DNA of 64,000 nucleotides from Vicinamibacteria bacterium (GTDB lineage: Bacteria; Acidobacteriota; Vicinamibacteria; Marinacidobacterales; Marinacidobacteraceae), in contig CAXXLQ010000004.1 of the NCBI GenBank assembly GCA_963668695.2, positions 2,880,001 to 2,944,000 of the forward strand. Direction: 5' to 3'. Under the pieces are notes generated by a model. It was given only the letters and a program-made list of their open reading frames with translations, was not told the DNA's origin and made no database searches. Position numbers and translations under genes: made by a program. Every line of letters begins with the position of its first letter. The first letter of the stretch is position 1. Shown here in pieces: positions 59,519 through 64,000 of this stretch.

Positions 59519-60308
59519 GCTCGGGCCCGAGAGGGGGGCGGCTCTGCCGCGCTCCGGTCAACGGGGCATGGCGCTGGTGATCGCGCTACTGCTTGTGCTC
59601 GCCCTGGCCGGCATCGGGGCGGTGGTGCTGGTATCCGTCGGATCCGACGGCGCGGTGGCGCGCAACGAAGCCTGGACGGAGGCTGCTGCGGCTCAGGCCG
59701 AAGCAGGGCTCGAGTTCGCCAAGGCGGTGCTGGCAGCGCACGTTGAGGAGCACGACAGCTTCGAAATGGCCCTGCCACCGGTCCGTGCCTCGATTCGGGC
59801 CCGGCAGGGGGACCGGTGGGGTGTGGCGCTCCCGCTCGACAGCGCCGCCTGTGACGCTCCGGAGGTTGCTGGTTGCCGCGACTATGAGGTCTTCCGGGAT
59901 GGGCCGATGGCCGGAGCGGACGCGCGCGTCTATGTAGGCCGGGTCTTGCGGGATGTTCGGGGTCGGGCGCTTCAGTTTGATCCGCGAGCCCCGAATGCCG
60001 GTTGGGCTCCGGATCTGGACGGCGACGGGGCACCGGATCTCGCCGGGGTCACGGTCTGGATCCGCCGTCCCGTGGTGGGCGCCTCCGATGCCGGCGCCCC
60101 GCACGACCGGGCGGTGCTCACGGCCGAAGCGCGTCATCCGCCGCCGCAGAGCCCGGAGGAGCCACACGCCGTGAGTCGACTGGAACTGACCGTGCGGCTC
60201 GCCCGGCGCCCGGAGCGGCAAGAAGCCGGAGACGGCGACTACAGCGACGGATTGACGAACTGGGCCAGTCGACAGATTCCGGCACGCGGTGGCGCAACGT
60301 CTCGCTGA
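59511..60308 (+). CDS. minor pilin, PilX-like
   Basis: QRG/MALVIALLLVLAL without Glu5; AEAGLE motif. Confidence 0.75.
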   Translation: MNRLGPERGAALPRSGQRGMALVIALLLVLALAGIGAVVLVSVGSDGAVARNEAWTEAAAAQAEAGLEFAKAVLAAHVEEHDSFEMALPPVRASIRARQGDRWGVALPLDSAACDAPEVAGCRDYEVFRDGPMAGADARVYVGRVLRDVRGRALQFDPRAPNAGWAPDLDGDGAPDLAGVTVWIRRPVVGASDAGAPHDRAVLTAEARHPPPQSPEEPHAVSRLELTVRLARRPERQEAGDGDYSDGLTNWASRQIPARGGATSR

Positions 60309-60344
60309 CCAGGAGTCGGGAATGTTCTCGAAAGGAGGAGATCC

Positions 60345-63300
60345 ATGAAGGAATCGAAGAAGGAATCGAAACTCCGGCCACGCCGCCTCTTTCGGCTGGG
60401 GCTCGCGTTCGGCCTGATGCTTGCCGCAATCCCGTCCGCCGGCGCCGAACAGCCCGCCGTCACGGGAGCCGGGTTTTCGCGTGACGGGGCCCTCGACTCG
60501 CTGGATGAAGCGGGCCGGGATCCGCTGGGGACCCTTCGCACGAGCACCCGCCCCCGGGTCTGGATTCTGTTCGACACCTCCGAGTCCATGGACCTGTCGA
60601 TGGGCGACGGAACCCGGTTTGACACTGCTCGGGAAGTAGTGCGGTGGGCGGTCCGCAATCTTGAGTCGGAATCGGGTGAACCGCTGGTTCAGTGGCGGCT
60701 TGCGGCGTTCCAGCGATTCCGGCAATCGGAAGACGGCAGTTCCCGGCGGGAGATCTGTGCCGACCCCGCGATGGGCGCCGGACTGCCGAGCGGATCGGGG
60801 CTCGGACCGCCGATCAGTCCGGTCCGCTGCGGTGGAGTCCGGATCCTGAGCGACCCCTCCGGATGCGACAGCGAAGCGGCACGTCGAGAGCTGTTGCGGG
60901 AGCTTCCCGATGACGTCAACACGAATCGGACGCCCAATGGGATCGCCCTGTACCAACTCGCAACCCATATTGCCGCGACCGCGATGCACGATCTGGAGGC
61001 CGGCCAACAGAACGTCATCGTGCTGATCACCGACGGACTCGATACCTGCGAGTGCATATTTCATCCCTGGCTCGATTTCAACGAGGGGCCGGCCGGTCGT
61101 GGCGGGGACGACGCGGTGTGGCTCCGAACCGGCCACGCGACTTCCCAGGCGCGCCGCTACCCGGATCCCACCGCGAAGGCGTTTGTCGCCTGGAACGCCG
61201 GGCTCAAGGCCAAGGCTGCGTACCTGGCGCTGAACGGCGGAAATCCGAATGCGGGCCTTGGAGACATCCACGTCGTCGGAGTCGCGATGTCGGACGAAGA
61301 GACGCGCGGCTATACGAATCATCTGGCCTGGATGGCTTCGTACGGTCGGCGCCCGGCAATCCATGCCGACCGGCCCGAGAGTCTTCGGCAAGCCCTCGCT
61401 CAGGTGCTCGGCGAGATCACGCTCCCTCTGGGCGAGGTGAAGCTCTCGGCGCCGCGACTCGCGACGGTCAAGGAACTCGTCGCAGGCTCTCCGACCGCCG
61501 CGTTTCCTGGCAGCGATCCGGCGCTCCGATGGGACGCCCTGGTGGCTCCCACCACCCGTGGGGAGCGTCTCGAAGAAGTGATCCGGCTTCGCGGCGCCTA
61601 CCCGGACAACATCCTGCTGTCGACGAGCGCGGACCTCTCGTCGTTCAAAGGGGGGCTCCGGGCGCTTCCCATTCAGCCAGGGAGCGGAGGAGTTCTGGAT
61701 ACGACACCGGTCTGGGACGCCGGATCGCGCTTGGCCCACCGGGACCCGGACGATCGTCTGGTGCTCTTCAACCGGCCAGGTAGCCGCGAGTTACTGCCCT
61801 TCCGGATCGGCGAGGTGACTCCGCGGGATCTCGGCGTGCACGCGGGCTATCTGAACGAACTGGACGGGGTCGGGGCTCGCACCGCGGAGGACGCCGCTCG
61901 CATCGTGGTCCGGCTGGTTCGCGGTGAGGAACTTGCGGTCCACCCTGAGACGGGGACGATCTACGGCGCGGACGGGGACCTTCACTTCATCGGAGGGCGC
62001 GGTACCTGGAAACTCCGCGAGGGTCTGGCTTCCCCGGTGGTGGTAACGAGTCCGCCCCGTCACCCCGATCGGGTTTCACGGCAAGGCGAGGGCTACCGGG
62101 ACTTCTTTGTGAGGCACGTCAACCGGCGCACCATGGTGTATCTCCCGACCAGCGGGGGCATGGTCCACGCATTCGCCGGCGACAGCGGAGAGGAGGTCTT
62201 CGCGTACATCCCGGATGACATCCTGGGGCCCGCGTCCCCTGTCGGAGACACCGCCGCGCGCGCCTTCCTCCGGGATCTGGCCCTGGCGGGAGTCCGGGGC
62301 GCGGCCGGCCTGCAACGGGGACTCGTCCGCCGCTTCGCGCTTGCAGGTTCGCCGGTCGTCCGCGACGTTTTCCTTGAAGGCTCCCAGGAGTGGCGTACGG
62401 TGTTGGCCCTCGGCCGTTCTGCCGGCGGTCGGTTCGTGACGGCAATCGATGTCTCGAATGTGGGAGACGGTTGGGCGGGCGGCCACCATCCTCCGAGGCC
62501 TTCGATCGGTGGTCCGGGGCTGCCCCGGTTGCTCTTCAACATCGGGAGCCGGGCGGGGAACCCTGGCGGGATCGTTGACGAGCTCGGCGAGACTCCGGAA
62601 CCCCTGATGGCCGAAGTGGCCGCGACTTCCGGGAGCACTTGGCTCACGTTCCTTCCTGCCGGAAGGGGGAGCCCGGACAGCGACTCCGGGGAGTGGTTGC
62701 TGGTGCTCGCGACCGAGGACGGCCGGGTCCGTTCGCGCCATCGTATCGAGCCCGCGCCCTCTCCGCGGATCCGAAAGAACGGCGCCGTCACCTCGGCGGC
62801 GGCCTGGCAACCGGCGTGGGCGGTTTCCGGCGCTCTCGACCTGGTTACCCAGGTGTATCTCGCCGACCTTCACGGTCAGATCCACCGCCTGCGGCTTCTG
62901 GAGCCCAATAACTGGCAATGGGGGGTGGCGCACCGTTTGGGAGGGGAATACCCGATCCTGACCCCACCGGTGGCGTTCCCGTTTCCGGGCCGGGTGGAGC
63001 CGCATTTGCTGGTCGTGACCGGCGGAGATCGTCGCGTTCGGGATATTCCGTCCGACATCGTTCTCCTCCGGGATACGGGGACCAACCTCCAGGAGGTGTG
63101 GCGCACGACGCTCTCCGACGGGGAACTGCCTCAGGGAAAACCAGCGGTCCTGAGGAACGGCTCGGAGATCGAAGTCGTGCTGGCCACCCGTTCGGTTCAA
63201 CGTGAGGAGCTTTCCTGCAACGTAACCACCACCGGGGACGGGGTAGCGCGGCTTCGTGCGTTCAACGGTCTGACAGGCGCAGAGATGGTGGGTGTGGTGG

Positions 63301-63515
63301 ACGCGGCGTCATCCCTGGCGGCGTTTGGCCGAGGCCGCATTCTGGGGATCAGCCTGTCGTCCTCCGGAAACATGGCTTTCAGTGTGAGCGGCGTGGGCGG
63401 CAAGATCGTGGATACCGTCATTGGTGATTTCAAGTTCCGGGTACGCGACAGCGCGCTCGAAAACGTGACCCTCTTCGTCGAGGGTTTCCGCCGTTCCCCG
63501 TTCTGGATCCGCTAG
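60345..63515 (+). CDS. PilY1/PilC-like pilus tip adhesin with vWA domain
   Basis: AGGAGGAG SD, signal peptide, MIDAS ILFDTSESM and VLITDG, GMVHAF...GEEVFAYIP, WRTVL, VYLADLHGQI. Confidence 0.82.
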   Translation: MKESKKESKLRPRRLFRLGLAFGLMLAAIPSAGAEQPAVTGAGFSRDGALDSLDEAGRDPLGTLRTSTRPRVWILFDTSESMDLSMGDGTRFDTAREVVRWAVRNLESESGEPLVQWRLAAFQRFRQSEDGSSRREICADPAMGAGLPSGSGLGPPISPVRCGGVRILSDPSGCDSEAARRELLRELPDDVNTNRTPNGIALYQLATHIAATAMHDLEAGQQNVIVLITDGLDTCECIFHPWLDFNEGPAGRGGDDAVWLRTGHATSQARRYPDPTAKAFVAWNAGLKAKAAYLALNGGNPNAGLGDIHVVGVAMSDEETRGYTNHLAWMASYGRRPAIHADRPESLRQALAQVLGEITLPLGEVKLSAPRLATVKELVAGSPTAAFPGSDPALRWDALVAPTTRGERLEEVIRLRGAYPDNILLSTSADLSSFKGGLRALPIQPGSGGVLDTTPVWDAGSRLAHRDPDDRLVLFNRPGSRELLPFRIGEVTPRDLGVHAGYLNELDGVGARTAEDAARIVVRLVRGEELAVHPETGTIYGADGDLHFIGGRGTWKLREGLASPVVVTSPPRHPDRVSRQGEGYRDFFVRHVNRRTMVYLPTSGGMVHAFAGDSGEEVFAYIPDDILGPASPVGDTAARAFLRDLALAGVRGAAGLQRGLVRRFALAGSPVVRDVFLEGSQEWRTVLALGRSAGGRFVTAIDVSNVGDGWAGGHHPPRPSIGGPGLPRLLFNIGSRAGNPGGIVDELGETPEPLMAEVAATSGSTWLTFLPAGRGSPDSDSGEWLLVLATEDGRVRSRHRIEPAPSPRIRKNGAVTSAAAWQPAWAVSGALDLVTQVYLADLHGQIHRLRLLEPNNWQWGVAHRLGGEYPILTPPVAFPFPGRVEPHLLVVTGGDRRVRDIPSDIVLLRDTGTNLQEVWRTTLSDGELPQGKPAVLRNGSEIEVVLATRSVQREELSCNVTTTGDGVARLRAFNGLTGAEMVGVVDAASSLAAFGRGRILGISLSSSGNMAFSVSGVGGKIVDTVIGDFKFRVRDSALENVTLFVEGFRRSPFWIR

Positions 63516-63528
63516 GAGGGCAGAGACG

Positions 63529-64000
63529 ATGGTGTCCGCTTCCGTACGGTACGGCGCCGGTACCGGGAACCCGCGGAGAGATCGACGCCGGTTGGTCGTG
63601 GGGGTCTCCGCGGACGTGGTACTTGGACGGCGCCTGAGGAAAGGGGACGCGGGTTCTCGGGGGTTCACCATCACCGAAGCCGTGGTGGCGCTCGGTCTCA
63701 CGCTGATGGTCAGTGCGAGCTTCGCGATGCTTTTCCGCCAGGCGCGCATGTCGTTCGACCTGCAGCCGGAACTCGCTGCCATGCGCCAGGACGGCAGCGC
63801 GGTTCTGGATCGTATCGGCGCGGACCTGATGCGGGCAGGGTCCGGGCTTCCGGCAGAAATCCCGGTGTTTGCCGATCTTGACCGGGCCGGTGACCAGAAT
63901 CCGGACGGACTGGACTTCCTGACGGCTCCGGAACGTTTCGCCGATGCCTCGTTCGAACCCGTGGTCGGATTCGATGGGGTCGAAGTGACGCTGGGCCAAT
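63529..64000 (+). CDS. minor pilin, PilW-like, 3'-partial
   Basis: Read manually from ATG 63529: RG/FTITEAVVALGL...LDRIGADLMRAG; open to window end. Confidence 0.75.
   Translation, partial: MVSASVRYGAGTGNPRRDRRRLVVGVSADVVLGRRLRKGDAGSRGFTITEAVVALGLTLMVSASFAMLFRQARMSFDLQPELAAMRQDGSAVLDRIGADLMRAGSGLPAEIPVFADLDRAGDQNPDGLDFLTAPERFADASFEPVVGFDGVEVTLGQ

Overview
GC-rich bacterial chromosomal window. Gene content (pilin style, pilA-ABC-TPR-pilD arrangement, NHL/HupE genes) suggests Acidobacteriota; this is an inference. Housekeeping genes include ligA, fabI, an AddAB-like pair, ilvE, leuA/C/D, tag, accBC, thiE, folD, coaE, kdsC and pyrG. There are also peptidoglycan-recycling genes, an orphan DNA methyltransferase and two type IV pilus clusters (pilMNOPQ; pilT-pilC-pilin-ABC-pilD-minor pilins-pilY1). 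The most unusual non-coding structure is a 1.37-kb array of 44 alternating 30-33 bp units (core YTAnnGCGACATGT). It begins at the right-end TA of an internally deleted IS630 and is closed by an exact 114-bp second copy of that IS right end. Each unit resembles the IS left end plus its CTAG target. A second system is a dispersed, modular TA-targeting MITE family (TIR TA(A/G)CAGCCKGTGG). Its ends coincide with host stop codons and form TGnTANNNT extended -10-like boxes exactly 9 nt before three start codons, and it hosts an 18-bp variable sub-element. The AddAB-like pair looks atypical: the AddA nuclease is detached and degenerate, and AddB lacks the Fe-S cysteines. Several frameshifts could be real or assembly indels. 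No rRNA, tRNA or CRISPR-cas was found.
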